This document shows positions 1-12,665 of a stretch of DNA of 64,000 nt, in pieces. Numbering within the stretch: the first letter of the stretch is position 1; the number at the start of each line of letters is the position of its first letter. This DNA is from Squalus acanthias (Eukaryota), in contig CM059432.1 in assembly GCA_030390025.1 (NCBI GenBank), forward strand, positions 152,212,001 to 152,276,000, read 5' to 3'. Both the position numbers and the translations under genes were made by a program. A model generated the notes under the pieces. That model was not told the origin of the DNA and made no database searches. It worked only from the letters and a program-made list of their open reading frames with translations.

Positions 1-100
1 GATGGACTTCCCTGTGGTTGCAGCCGTGGTACCGGGGGAGGCTTGGTTGCTGCTGGTGGTGATGCCGAGTTTCTCAAGCTTCCTGTTCTTGATGCGCATG
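1..100 (-). mobile_element. Fragment of a Penelope-like element ORF (truncated by the window edge)
   Basis: Minus strand reads MRIKNRKLEKLGITTSSNQASPGTTAATTGKSI, which I recall as the pre-RT region of shark Penelope-like elements; recall only, short match. Confidence 0.45.
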
Positions 101-3100
101 GCAAATAGAAGCATGGCAGGGCAGCTCAGTCCCGTGATTTGCACATCCTGTGCCATGTGGGATATCCTGGACGCTTCTTGTGGCCTGGACGACCACATGT
201 GCAGGATGTGTCGCCAACTGCAGCAACTCGAGCTCTGGGTTTCGGAGCCTGAGCGGCAGCTGGAGTCACTACAGTGCATCCGCGAGGCTGAGAAATACTT
301 GGAAAGCATTTCTAGAAGTGGTCACCCCACAGCCTCAGAATGTGCAGGCAGAGAGGTAATGGGTGACCACCAGACAGAGAAGGAGGACCAGGCAGGTAGG
401 GCAGGCATCCCCAGAGTGCATCTCGCTCGCTAACCGGTTCACAGTTCTGGAAACTGGTGGGGGTGATGGCTCCTCTGGGGAGAGCAGCGAGAGCCAAGGC
501 CACGGCACCACGGGAGCCTCAGCTGCACAGGGGGGGAGGAAGAAGAGTGGAAGAGCAATAGTGATAGTGGATTCATTGGTTAGGGGAACAGATAGGCGTT
601 TTTGTGGACGCAGACGTGACGCCAGGATGGTATGTTGCCTCCCTGGTGCCGGGGTCAAGGATGTCACTGAGCGGCTGCAGGACACTCTGAGGGGGGAGGG
701 TGAACAGCCAGAGGTCGTTGTCCATATCAGTACCAACGACATAGGCAGAAAGAGGGATGAGGTCCTGGAGGCAGACTATAGGGAGCTAGGAAAGAGATTA
801 AAATGCAGGACCTCAAAGGTAGTAATCTCCTGATTACTCCTGGTGCCACATGCTAGTGAATACAGGAATAGGAGGATAGAACAGATGAATGCGTGGCTGG
901 AGAGATGATGCAGGAGGGAGGGCTTTAGGTCCTGAGGCATTGGGACCATTTCTGGGGAAGGTGGGACCTGTACAAGCCGGATGGGTTACACCTCAAGAGA
1001 ACCGGGACCAATATTCTCGCGGGGAGGTTTGCTAGTGCTGTTGGGGAGGGTTTAAACTAGCTTGGCAGGGGGATGGGCACCAGCATGTAGGAGGGGAGGA
1101 ATGGGGTGCATGGAAGAGTGGGTGTGTTGGATGGTACTGGAGGGGAAGGTATTGCTGGAGGCGGAAGTAGTACCATATTAGATAGGAGCAGACTATGATT
1201 ACGAAAAATTCAAAAATGGGTTTAGAATGCATGTACGTAAACACACAAAGTGTGGTGAATAAGGTTGGTGAGCTACAAGCACAAATAGCCGTGTGGCAAT
1301 ATGATGTTGTGGCAATAACGGAAACGTGGCTTAAAAACGGTGAGGACTGGGCACTTAATATTCAAGGGTACAAGGTGTTCAGAAAAGATAGGGAAGGAAA
1401 AAAGGGAGGTGGGGTGGCAGTGCTGATTAAGGAAGACATTGTAGTGTTGGAAAGGGAGGATGTTCTTAAGGGGACGAGGACAGAATCCATTTGGTTAGAG
1501 TTGAGGAGCAAAAAGGGTATGATCACACTGTTGGGGGTATTCTACAGGCCTCCAAATAGTGTGAGGGAGGTTGAGGAGAAAATCTGCAGGGAAATCGCAG
1601 AGATATGCAAGAGCTATAGAGTGGTGATATTTGGGGACTTTAATTACCCAAATATCGATTGGGATAATGCTAGGGTAAAGGGAAAGGAGGGGGAGGAATT
1701 TCTGAACTGTGGGCAACACGGTGACATAGTGGTTTGCACTGGTGCCTCACAGCGCCAGGGACCCGAGTTCGAATCTGGCCTCGGGTGACTGTCTGTGTGG
1801 AGTTTGCACATTCTCCCCGTGTCTGCGTGGGTTTCCTCCGGGTGCTCCGGTTTCCTCCCACAGTCCAAAAATGTGCGGGTTAGGTTGATTTGGCTATGAT
1901 AAATTGACCCTTAGTGTTAGGGGGGGATTAAATATGTGGGGTTACGGGGATAGGATGGGATATGTTAGGGGGAATTAAATACGTGGGGTTACGGGGATAG
2001 GGTGGGATATGTGTCGGTGCAGGCTCGATGGGGATTCTGTGTGAGAAAGCAGGGACAGGGTACTGGATTTGGATGATCAGCCATGATCGTATTGAATGGT
2101 GGAGCAGGCTCGACGGGCCGAATGGCCTACTCCTGCTCCTAGTTTCTATGTTTCTATGTTTCAATATGTTCTTGGCCCAACTAGGAAGGAGGCATTGCTG
2201 GATCTGGTGCTGGGGAATGAGGTGGGTCAGGTCGACCAAGTGTCTGTGGGAGACCACTTGGGTACGAGTGATCATCGTATCATAGATTTAGATTATCAAT
2301 GGAGAGGAGCAAGGAACAATCTAGAGTGGAACTTCTAAACTGGAATAGGGCTAACTTCAATGGGATGCGAAAGGATCTAGCTAAGGTAAAATGGAACCAA
2401 AGACTGACAGGAAAAACTGTAACGGAACAATGGGTGATCTTTAAGGAGGAGATGTTCCAAGTACAGGCTAGGTTCATTCCAACAAGAGGAAAGGGTAAGC
2501 GAACTAAAGCAAGGGCACCTTGGATGATGAGGGAGATAGAGAAGATGATGAAACAAAAAAAGAGGGTGTATGATGCATGTCAGGTGAATTCTTCAAGGGA
2601 GAACCAGACCAAATACAATAAGTTGAGAGGGGAAGTGAAGATGAAAATAAGATTGGCAAAGAGAGAATATGAGAGTAGAATGACGGTTAACATAAAAGGG
2701 AACCCAAAAATCTTCTACTGGCATGTAAACAGTAAGCGGGTAGTAAGAGGCGGGGTGAGGCCCATTAGGAACAAAGAAGGTGATATATGCTTAGAGGCGC
2801 AGGGCACGGCTAGAATACTCAATGAGTACTTTGTATCGGTGTTTACTAAAGAGGTGGATGCTGACAAAATATTGGTAGAAGTGGAAAAGGTAGAAGCAAT
2901 GGAAGGGGTGAAAATTGATAGACAGGATGTACTAGAAAGGCTGGATATGCTTAGAGTGGATAAGTCGCCTGGTCCAGATGGCTTGCATCCCAGGTTGCTA
3001 AGGAAATTGGGGGAGGAGATAGCGGAAGGGCTTGCCATAATTTTCCAATCTTCCCGAGAGGCAGAGGAGGTGCCTGAGGATTGGAAAGTGGCAAATGTGA

Positions 3101-4520
3101 CACCATTGTTCAAGAAAGGGTGCAAGGACAATCCTAGTAACTACAGGCTGGTCAGTTTAACATCAATGGTGGGTAAAGTTTTAGAAACAATAATTAAGGA
3201 AAGAATTAACGGGCACTTGGAGAGGTTTAAGCTAATTAAGGAGAGCCAACACGGATTTGTAAAAGACAGATCATGTTTGACTAATCTAATTGAATTTTTT
3301 GATGAAGTAACAGGGGGGATTGATGAAGGGAATGCAATGAATGTTGTCTACATGGATTTTAGGAAGGCGTTTGACAAAGTACCACATAAAAGGCTGGCTA
3401 ACAAAATTGAGGCTCATGGAATAGGCGAGTCAGTGGCAGTTTGGGTAAGGAATTGGCTTAAAGACAGAAAACAGCGAGCTGTGGTAAATGGCTGTTTTTC
3501 AGACTGAAGGATGGTAGACAGTGGTGTTCCCCAAGGGTCAGTGCTGGGGCCACTGCTTTTTTTGATAAATGACCTGGATATTAGAATACAGAGTAGAATT
3601 TCTAAATTTGCCGATGACACCAAACTTGGGGGTGTGGCAAACAGTGAGGATGATACCAATCGACTGCAACAGGACATAGAAAGGCTAGCAGAATGGGCAG
3701 ACAAGTGGCAGATGGAATTTAATACAGAGAAGTGTGAGGTGATGCATTTTGGCAGAAGGACCAGGGAGAGGCAATATACACTTAACAGCACAGTTTTAGA
3801 GTGTACAGGGACAGAGGGCCCTGGGAGTTAATGTGCATAGGTCCCTGAAGGTGGCAGGACATATTGAGAGAGTGGTTAACAAAGCATATGGGATCTTGGG
3901 CTTCATAAATAGAGGTATTGAGTACAAAAGTAGAGAAGTTATGCTGAACCTTTATAAAGCGCTGGTTAGGCCACAACTGGAGTATTGCATCCAGTTCTGG
4001 TCACCACACTTTAGGAAGGATGTGAAGGCCCTTGAGAGAGTGCAGAGATTTACCAGAATGGTTCCGGGGATGGGGGATCTTAGCTACAAGGACAGGTTGG
4101 AGAAGCTGGATTTGTTTTCATTAGAGCAAAGGAGGTTGAGGGGTGATTTGACAGAGGTGTACAAGAATATAACGGGTTTGGATAGGCTAGACGGGGAAAG
4201 GCTGTTCCCACTAGTTGATGATACAAGGACTGGGGGACACAGATTTAAGATTTTGGGCAAGAGATACAGGGGGGATGTGAGGAAAAACTTTTTTACGCAG
4301 CGAGTGGTGAGGACCTGGAACTCGCTGCCGACGGAAGTGGTGGAAGCGGAGGCACTCTGTTTTTAAGGGGAGACTGGATAGGCACTTGAGGGAAATAAAC
4401 TTGCAGGGCTACGGGGATAGAGCGGGGGAATGGGACTGACTAGATTGCTCTACAGAGAGATGTAACGGACTCGATGGGCCGAATGGCCTCCTTCTGTGCA
4501 GTTATGACTATGACTCTATG
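101..4520 (+). mobile_element. Near-full-length CR1 LINE (ORF1 zinc finger/leucine zipper plus SGNH esterase; ORF2 APE endonuclease plus RT), degraded and interrupted by a SINE
   Basis: [63 protein letters not shown]; 3' hairpin and short-repeat tail at about 4470-4520; multiple stops and frameshifts. Confidence 0.93.
1711..2160 (+). mobile_element. HE1-type V-SINE (tRNA head, V domain, CR1-derived tail)
   Basis: A/B-box-like head (gacatagtgg, gagttcgaatc), V-domain core GTGTGGAGTTTGCACATTCTCCCCGTGTCTGCGTGGGTTTCCTCCGGGTGCTCCGG, CR1 3' tail ending in (TTCTATGT)n; interrupts CR1 ORF2. Confidence 0.92.
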
Positions 4521-4521
4521 A

Positions 4522-6942
4522 TTGGTATGTCCTGTCCACAAAAAGCAAGTCAAATCCAATCCGGCCAATTATCGCCCCATCAGTCTACTCTCAATCATCA
4601 GTAAAATGATGGAATGTGTCGTCGACAGTGCTATCAAGCAGCACTTACTCACCAATAACCTGCTCACTGATGCCCAGTTTGGCTCCAGACCTCATTACAG
4701 CCTTGGTCCAAACATGGACCACACAAGAGGTTATTAAACAAAATTAGGGCTCATGGAATTGGGATTAATATACTAGCATAGATTGCGGATTGGATAACGG
4801 GACAGAAAACAGAGAGTAGGAATAAACGGGTCATTTTCGGGTTGGCAGGCTGTAACTAGTGGGGTACCGCAAGGATCAATGCTTGGGACCCAGCTATTCA
4901 CAATCTACATCAATGATTTGGATGAGGGGACCAAATGTAATATATTCAAGTTTACTGATGATACAAAGCTGGGTGGGAATGTAAATTGTGAGGAGGATGC
5001 AAGGAGGCTTCAAGGGGATATAGACAGGCTAAGTAAGTGGGGAAAAACATGGCAAATAGAATATAATGTGGAGAAATGTGAAGCTATCCACGTTGGTAAG
5101 AAAAAAAGAAAAGCAGAGTATTTTTTAAATGGAGAGAGATTGGGAAATGCTAACATTCAGAGGGACCTGGGTGTCTTTTTACATAAACCACTGAAAGTTA
5201 ACATGCAGGTACAGCAAGCAATTACGAAAGCAAATGGTATGTTGGCCTTTATTACAAGAGGATTTGAGTATAAGAGTAAAGACGTCTTACTACAATTATA
5301 TAGGGCCCTGGTGAGACCACACCTGGAGTATTGTATACAGTTTTGGTCTCCTTACCCATAGAGGGAGTGCAACGAAGGTTCACCAGACTGGTTCCTAGGA
5401 TGGGGGGATTGTCCTATGAGGACAGATTGAATAGACTAGGCCTATATTTTCTCGAGTTTAGAAGAATGAGAGGTGATCTCATTGAAACATACAAAATTCT
5501 TACAGGGCTTGACAGGGTAGATGCAGGGAGGATGTTTCCCTTGGCTGTGGAGTCTAGAACCAGGCGTCAGTCTCAGAATAAGGGGTCGGCCATTTAGGAC
5601 TGAAATGAGGAGATTTCTTCGCTCAGAGGGTGGTGAATCTTTGGAATTCTCTACCCTAGAGGGCTGTGGAGGCTCAGTCGTTGACTATATTCAAGACAGA
5701 GATCGATAGATTTTTGAATATTAAGGGAATCAAGGGATGTGGGGATAGTGCAGGAAAGTGGAGATGAGGTAGAAGATCAGCCATGATCTTATTGAATGGC
5801 GGAGCAGGCTCGAAGGGCCAAATGGCCTATTCCTGCTCCTATTTCTTATGTTCTTATGGACAAAAGAGCTGAATTCCAGGTGAGATGAGAGTGACTGCCC
5901 TTGACATCAAGGCAGCATTTGACCGAGTGTGGCATCAAGGAGCCCTAGTAAAACTGAAGTCAATGGAATCGGGGAAAATTCTCCACTGGCTGGAATCATA
6001 CCTAGCACAAAAAAAGATGGTTGTGGTGGTTGGAGGTCAATCATCACAGCCCCAGGACATCGCTGCAGCAGTTCCTCAAGGCAGTGTCCTAGGCCCAACC
6101 ATCTTCAGCTGCTTCATCAATGACCTTCCCTCCATCATTAGTTCAGAAGTGGGGATGTTCACTGATGACTGCAGTGTTCAGTGCCATTCGCAACTCCTCA
6201 GATAATGAAGCAGTCCATGCCCGCATGCAGCAAGACCTGGACGATATTCAGGCTTGGGCTGATAAGTGGCAGGTAACATTCGCGTCACACAAGTGCCAAC
6301 AATCGAGCGTCTAACCACCGCCCCTTGACTTTCAATGGTATTACCATCGCCAAATCCCCCACCATCAATATCCTGGGGGGTCACCATTGACCAGAAACTT
6401 AACTGGACCAGCCACATAAATACTGTGGCAACAAGAGCAGGTCAGAGGCTGGGTATTCTGCAGCGAGAGTCTCACCTTCTGACTCCCCAAAGCCTTTCCA
6501 CCATCTACAAGGCACAAGTCAGGAGTGTGATGGAATACTCTCCCTGCCTGGATGAATGCAGCTCCAACAACACTCAAGAAGCTCAACACCATCCAGGACA
6601 AAGCAGCCCGCTTGTTTGGAACCTCATCCACCACCTTAAACATTCACTCCGTCAACCACCGGCGCACCGTGGCTGCAGTGTGTACCATCTACAAGATGCA
6701 CTGCAGCAACTCGCCAAGACTTCTTCGGCAGCACCTCCCAAACCAGCGACCTCTACCATCATCATCGCTAGGTCAAAATCCTGGAACTCCCTCCCTAAAC
6801 AGCACTGTGGGAGTACCTTCACCACACGGACTGCGGAAGTTCAAGGCGGTGGCTCACCACCACCTTCTCAAAGGCAACTATGGATAGGCAATAAATGCTG
6901 GCCTTGCCAGCAACGCCCACATCCCATGAACGAATAACAAAA
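4522..6942 (+). mobile_element. Second non-LTR LINE family (RT with DIKAAFDRVWH), 3' part, interrupted by a CR1
   Basis: [32 protein letters not shown]; 3' end with A-rich tail; split at about 4719/5858. Confidence 0.85.
4720..5857 (+). mobile_element. 5'-truncated CR1 LINE nested in the second LINE family
   Basis: RT C-terminus (KFTDDTKLGG, LVRPHLEYC), 3' hairpin and (TTCTTATG)n tail; host continues aaacatggac|aaaagagctg. Confidence 0.88.
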
Positions 6943-7495
6943 AACTCCTAGCTGGCCTCCCATCTTCCACCCTCCGTAAACGTGAGGTCATCGAAATCTC
7001 TGCTGCCCGTGTCTTAACTCGTACCAATTCCTGTTCACCCATCGCCCGTGATCACTGACCTACACTGGCTCCTGGTTAAGCAACACTTCAATTTTAAAAT
7101 TCTCTTCCTTGTTTTTACATCCCTCCATGGCCTCGCCACGCCCTATCTCTGTAAACTCCTCCAGCCCTACAACCCTCCGAGATACCAGAACTCCTCCAAA
7201 TCTGGCCTCTGGCACATCCCCGATTTTAATCGCTCCACCATTGGTGGCCATGCCTTCAGATGCCGTGGTCCTAAGCTCTGGAATTCCCTCCCTAAACATC
7301 TTTGCCTCTCTACTGCTCTTTCCTCCTTTAAGACGCACCTTAAAACCTACCTCTTTGACCAAGCTTTTGGTCATCTGCCCTAATAACTCCTTATGTGGCT
7401 CGGTGTCAAATATTTTATGATAACTCTCCTGTGAAACACCTTGGGACATTTTACTATGTTAAAGGAGTGATATAAATATAAGTTATTGTTGTTTA
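6943..7495 (+). mobile_element. L2-like LINE 3' fragment
   Basis: DLHWL..FKIL, LWNSLP, SFKTHLKTYLF and an L2-type tail (tataaatataagttattgttgtt). Confidence 0.75.
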
Positions 7496-7554
7496 TTTAA
7501 TATTCTATCATTACTGAAGATTAAAAACTTGCCATTTATACAGCTCCTTTTACA

Positions 7555-7880
7555 GCTCCACGATGTCCCAAAATGCTTCACAGCCACCTAATTCTGGTTG
7601 AAATGTCGTCACTGTTGTTTTGAAGGCAAATGTGCAGCCAATTTGCGCACACAGTCCCTCCCACAAACAGCAAATGAGATAAAATGACCAGTTAATTTGT
7701 TCATGTGCTGTTGGGTGAGGGATGAATGCCGGTTCGGGCACTGGGGGGAATCCTTTACTTCTTTGAATAGTGCCGTGGAATCTTTTACGTCCACCTAAAC
7801 AAGCAGATGGGGCTTTAGTTTAACCTCATCTGAAAGATAGCACCCTCCAACAACACAGCAATCCCTGAGCACTGTACCGA
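7555..7880 (-). mobile_element. Deu-domain (SacSINE1-like) SINE fragment
   Basis: Reverse complement of the Deu-SINE body (gtggacgtaaaagattccacggcactatt...gctgtttgtggga...aaattggctg); related pieces at about 21370-21520 and 61290-61540. Confidence 0.65.
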
Positions 7881-8716
7881 AGATGTACTGGATCATAACT
7901 TTAGATTAGATCTCGAATAGCCACGACACAGATTGGCTGAGCAAGGAAGCAATTTTGCACCACCTCTAGAAACATACACTTCAGTTTTTCTAGTCAATGT
8001 CTGGATAATGGTCAACAGTCTGACCATTTTCTGAAACTTCTTTATCTGCAAAAACATTTAGTGGTCTATTTCCTCCTGCTCAACAGATCTATAACTAAAA
8101 ATGTGTTCTTTTCTTTACTGTCCTTGATCACAACAGGACCACTGTCTGACCAGCAGGCGAGGCACTAGTATAATTTCTTGCTAAAGATGCAATAGTTTTT
8201 AATCAGGTCTCGATTATACCATTACATTGAACCTTTTTTTCCAATAATGTAAACTTTTCCTTGTTTCATTTCTCATCTTTTGTCCTGTCCCTTGTTGCCC
8301 AAGCAATTATCTATATTGTTGGGTAAGATCAGGCCTGTGCCATGAGGTGGGGTGTGGGAAAAATAAAGGATAAAATCTCTCTCTCACTTTTCATACCATT
8401 ATTTCACCTATTAATTGCTAGGACTTGACCATATGTCTCGTCACAAAGTAAACAATGGCAAGTTGGAGACCAAGTTATGGCAGGGTCATTTTCCTCCAGA
8501 TAACTATTCTCTTTTCTTCTCGCCCAAACAGGAGATATAATTTTAAGGAATTCTAGTCATCTTTCATTTGGAGAATACATCAGTAACTTGTATTGGTACT
8601 CATTAACTTTTGACTGAGGGACACAATCCTAACTTGCATGTTACTTGAGGGTCACTTTCACAAACTACCCTAAGGCAATTCCATGCAGTTTTTTTTTTAA
8701 AACAGTAATGCATCAT

Positions 8717-10437
8717 AAATAGGAACATAGGAACAAGAGTAGGCCATTTAGCCCCTTGAGCCTGTTCCGCCATTCAAGGAGATCCTGGCTGATCTGCGAT
8801 CTAACTCCATATAACCGCCTTTGCACCATATCCCTGAATACCTTCGATTAACAAAAATCTATCAATCTCAGATTTAAAATTAACAATTGATCTAGCATCA
8901 ACTGCCATTTGCAGAAGAGTTTTCCAAACTTCTACCACCCTTTGTACCACGTTTCACTCCTGAAAGGTCTGGCTCTAATTTAAGACTATGGGGTAAAAAT
9001 TCACTTGGTTGCGCCGCCCGTTAGCGCCTTAAGAGGGCGCTAATGGGGCGCAAAGCCGCTAACGCCCGGGCGCAGCGATGTTTGCGCCGCTCGAGAACTT
9101 AACTTGAGATTGTGCGCAGGCGCTAAAACGTACCGCTGCGACCACCTGCGCGCGCAGATTGTGACGTCATTCCATGGTGCAACGCCCTTGGGGCGCCCCG
9201 TAGCGGAAATTGAGTGGCGCCCCCTGCCTTACCGCCTGGCGCTTCCAACGACCAGAAGACTGGAACGCTATCAATCGCTGTGGGGCTGGGGGGGGCGCTA
9301 TTTAAAGGGGGCCTCTTCCTGTCTTTTATTGTTGGTGGCATTTTTGAACTACGCATTCTGAGAGAGAGAGGGAGAGACTTCTGGAGAGATTCAACGTTGT
9401 GTGAAGGAGTTTTGGGTACTGAGCAGCACTTTGCAGGTTCATTTTGATTTGCCATTCCTTGTATCGATTTAGCAGAGACCGTGGGAGCTGCACTCTGAGC
9501 TCTTTGCCTGGTGCTCTCCATTGTTCTTTCCAGCACATTTGATGTGCAAGTCTCTCCAGGCCGAGAGTCAAGGCAGCAATGAACAGGATGTGGATGGAAA
9601 GCAAGATTAACCATCCCCTTTAAGAACTGGCCCGTGCCATTGTGTGTGTGTTCCATTGCTGACTGACATTACATGAGCTTCGCCAGCGCTCCGAGTTAGC
9701 GCCTCACTGCTCGGCATTTGCGCCTTAAGAGAGGTGTGCAGCGCCTGCTTTAGCGCTCCACTCACCTCCCGGGGCGGTAAAAGTGAAGTTTCCCGTCAGT
9801 GCCGATAATTAGCGCCAGGCGCTAATATTTGCGTCCGGACGATATTTGCGCCCCAAATGGGGCGCGACCTAATTTCTACCCCTATGCCTCCTATTCCTAG
9901 ACTCCCCAACCAGTGGAAATAGTTTCTCTCTATCTACCCTATCTGTTCCCCTTAATATCTTGAAAACTTCAATCAAATCACCCCTTAACCTTCTAAATTC
10001 CAGGGAATACAACCTTAGTTTGTGTAATCTCTCCTCGTAATTTAACTCCTGGACTCTGGGTATCATTCTGTTAAACCTATGCTGCACTCCCCCAAGGTCA
10101 ATATATCCTTCCTAAGGTGTGATGCCCAGAACTGCTCTCAGTACTCCAGGTGATGTCTAACCAGGGCATTGTATAGTTGTAGCATAACTTCAACCCCCTT
10201 GTATTCTAGTTCTCTAGATATAAAGGCCAGCATTCAATTAGCCTTTTTAATTATTTTCTGTACCTGTTCATTACATTTTAATGATCTTTGTATCTGGACC
10301 CTCAAGTCTCTTTGGACCTCTTAGCTTTTTTAGCTTTTCACCATTTAGAAAGTAGTCTGTTCTATCCTTTTAGGTCCAAAGTGGATGACCTCACATTTGC
10401 CTACATTGAAATCCATTTGCCACAGTTTTGCCCATTC
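8717..10437 (-). mobile_element. 5'-truncated CR1 LINE, interrupted by a MITE
   Basis: Minus-strand RT C-terminus (LYSLEFRRLRGDLIEVFK) and 3' hairpin tail at about 8717-8800. Confidence 0.85.
8990..9882. mobile_element. Non-autonomous PIF/Harbinger-like MITE (893 bp)
   Basis: TIRs GGGGTAAAAATT / AATTTCTACCCC (11 of 12 match), 3-bp TSD TAT; CR1 resumes across it; CpG-rich subterminal GGCGCTAA/TTAGCGCC motifs. Confidence 0.85.
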
Positions 10438-10452
10438 GCTTTTTAAAAAAAA

Positions 10453-12665
10453 TTAGTTCATGGGATGTGGGCGTCGCTGGCAAGGCCAGCATTTATTGCC
10501 CATCCCTAGTTGCCCTCGAGAAGATGGTGGTGAGCCGCCTTCTTAAACCACTGCAGTCCATGTCGAGGGTGCTCCTGCACTGCTGTTAGGGAGGGAGTTC
10601 CAGGATTTTGACCCAGCGACTATGAAGGAAGGTGATATACTTCCAAGTAAGGATGTTCTGCGACTTGGAGGGTGGTGGTGTTCCCATGTGCCTGCTGCCC
10701 TTGTCCTTCTAGGTGGTAGAGGTCGCGGGTGTGAGAGGTGCTGCCAAAGAAGCCTTGGTGAGTTACTGCAGTGCATCTTTGTAGATGGTACACACTGCAG
10801 CCACGCTACGGCGGTGGAGGGAGTGAATGTTTAAGGTGGTGGATGGGGTGCAAATCAAGTGGGCTGCTTTGTCTTGGATGGTGTCAAGCTTCTTGAGTGT
10901 TGTTGGAGCTGCACTCATCCAGGCAAGTGGAGAGTACTCCATCACACTCCTGACTTACATAGAAACATAGAAACTAGGAGCAGGAGTAGGCCATTCGGCC
11001 CGTCGAGCCTGCTCCACCATTCAATACGATCATGGCTGATCATCCAAATCCAGTACCCTGTCCCTGCTTTCTCACACAGAATCCCCATCGAGCCTGCACC
11101 GACACATATCCCACCCTATCCCCGTAACCCCACGTATTTAATTCCCCCTAACATATCCCATCCTATCCCTGTAACCCCACATATTTAATCCCCCCCTAAC
11201 ACTAAGGGTCAATTTATCATAGCCAAATCAACCTAACCCGCACATTTTTGGACTGTGGGAGGAAACCGGAGCACCCGGAGGAAACCCACGCAGACACGGG
11301 GAGAATGCGCAAACTCCACACAGACAGTCACCCGAGGCCAGATTCGAACCCGGGTCTCTGGCGCTGTGAGGCACCAGTGCTAACCACTATGCCACCGTGT
11401 GCCTTGTAGATGGTGGAAAGGCTTTGGGGAGTCAGGAGGTGAGGCACTCACCACAGAATACCCAGCCTCTGACCTGCTCTTATTGCCACAGTATGTGTGT
11501 GGCTGGTCCAGTTAAGTTTCTGGTCAATGGTGACCCCCAGGATATTGATGGTGGGGGATTCGGCGATGGTAATGCCGCTAAATGTCAAGGGGCGGTGGTT
11601 AGACGCTCGCTTGTTGAGATAGTCATTGCCTGGCACTTGTGTGGTGTGAATTTAACCTGCCACTTATCAGCCCAAGCCTGAATGTTGTCTAGGTCTTGCT
11701 GCATGCGGGCATGGACTGTGTCATTATCTGAGGAGTTGCGAATGGCACTAAACACTGTGCAGTCATCAGCGAACATTTCCACTTCTGACCTTATGATGGA
11801 GGGAAGGTCATTATGAAGCAGCTGAAGATGGTTTGGGCCTAGGACACTGCCCTGAGGAACTCCTGCAGCGATGTCCTGGGGCTGTGATGATTGACTTCCA
11901 ACAACCACAACCATCTTCCTTTGTGCTAGGTATGACTCCAGCCAGTGGAGAGTTTTCCCCCCGATTCCCATTGACTTTAGTTTTACTAGGGCTCCTTGAT
12001 GCCACACTCGGTCAAATGCTGCCTTGATGTCAAGGGCAGTCACTCTCATCTCACCTCTGGAATTCAGCTCTTTTGTCCATATTTGGACCAAGGCTGTAAT
12101 GAGGTCTGGAGCCGAGTGGTCCTAGCAGAACCCAAACTGGGCATCAGTGAGCAGGTTATTGGCGAGTAAGTGCTGCTTGACAGCACTGTCGACGACACCT
12201 TCCATCACTTTTGCTGATGATTGAGAGTAGACTGATGGGGTGGTAATTGGCTAGATTGGATTTGTCCTGCTTTTTGTTGACAGGACATACTTGGGCAGTT
12301 TTCCACATTGTTTGATAGATGCCAGTGTTATCGCTGTACTGGAACAGCTTGACTAGTTCTGGAGCACAAGTCTTCAGCATGACAGCCGGGATGTTGTCGG
12401 GGCCCATAGCCTTTGCTGTATCCAGTGCACTCAGCCATTTCTTGAGATCACGTGGAGTGAATCGAACTGGCTGAAGACTGGCCTTATGGTGGTGGGGACC
12501 TCAGGAGGAGGCCGATAGGAATCAATCACTCGGCACTTCTAGCTGAAGATGGTTGCAAACGCTTCAGCTTTGTCTTTTGCACTCGTGTGCTGTCCATCAT
12601 TGAGGATGGGGATATTCATGGAGCCTCCTCCTCCCCCATTAATTGTTTAATGGTCCACCACCATT
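10453..12665 (-). mobile_element. Second LINE family (AFDRVWH) 3' portion, interrupted by a V-SINE
   Basis: Minus ORFs: [36 protein letters not shown]; same 3' end as 4522-6942. Confidence 0.87.
10957..11398 (-). mobile_element. HE1-type V-SINE, near-identical to 1711-2160, opposite orientation
   Basis: Reverse complement of the same head, V domain and tail; the host LINE resumes across it (ctgactt|gtgccttgtag). Confidence 0.92.

Noticed and set aside
1711..1790. tRNA gene
   Set aside because: It is the tRNA-derived head of a V-SINE and runs directly into the V domain.
2715..3791. Long antisense ORFs over CR1 ORF2 (also 39595-40552 and 57685-58074)
   Set aside because: Shadow frames of LINE coding sequence with no independent evidence.
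9104..9656. Overlapping GC-rich ORFs suggesting a gene or CpG-island promoter
   Set aside because: They lie entirely within a TIR/TSD-bounded MITE and have no recognisable domain.
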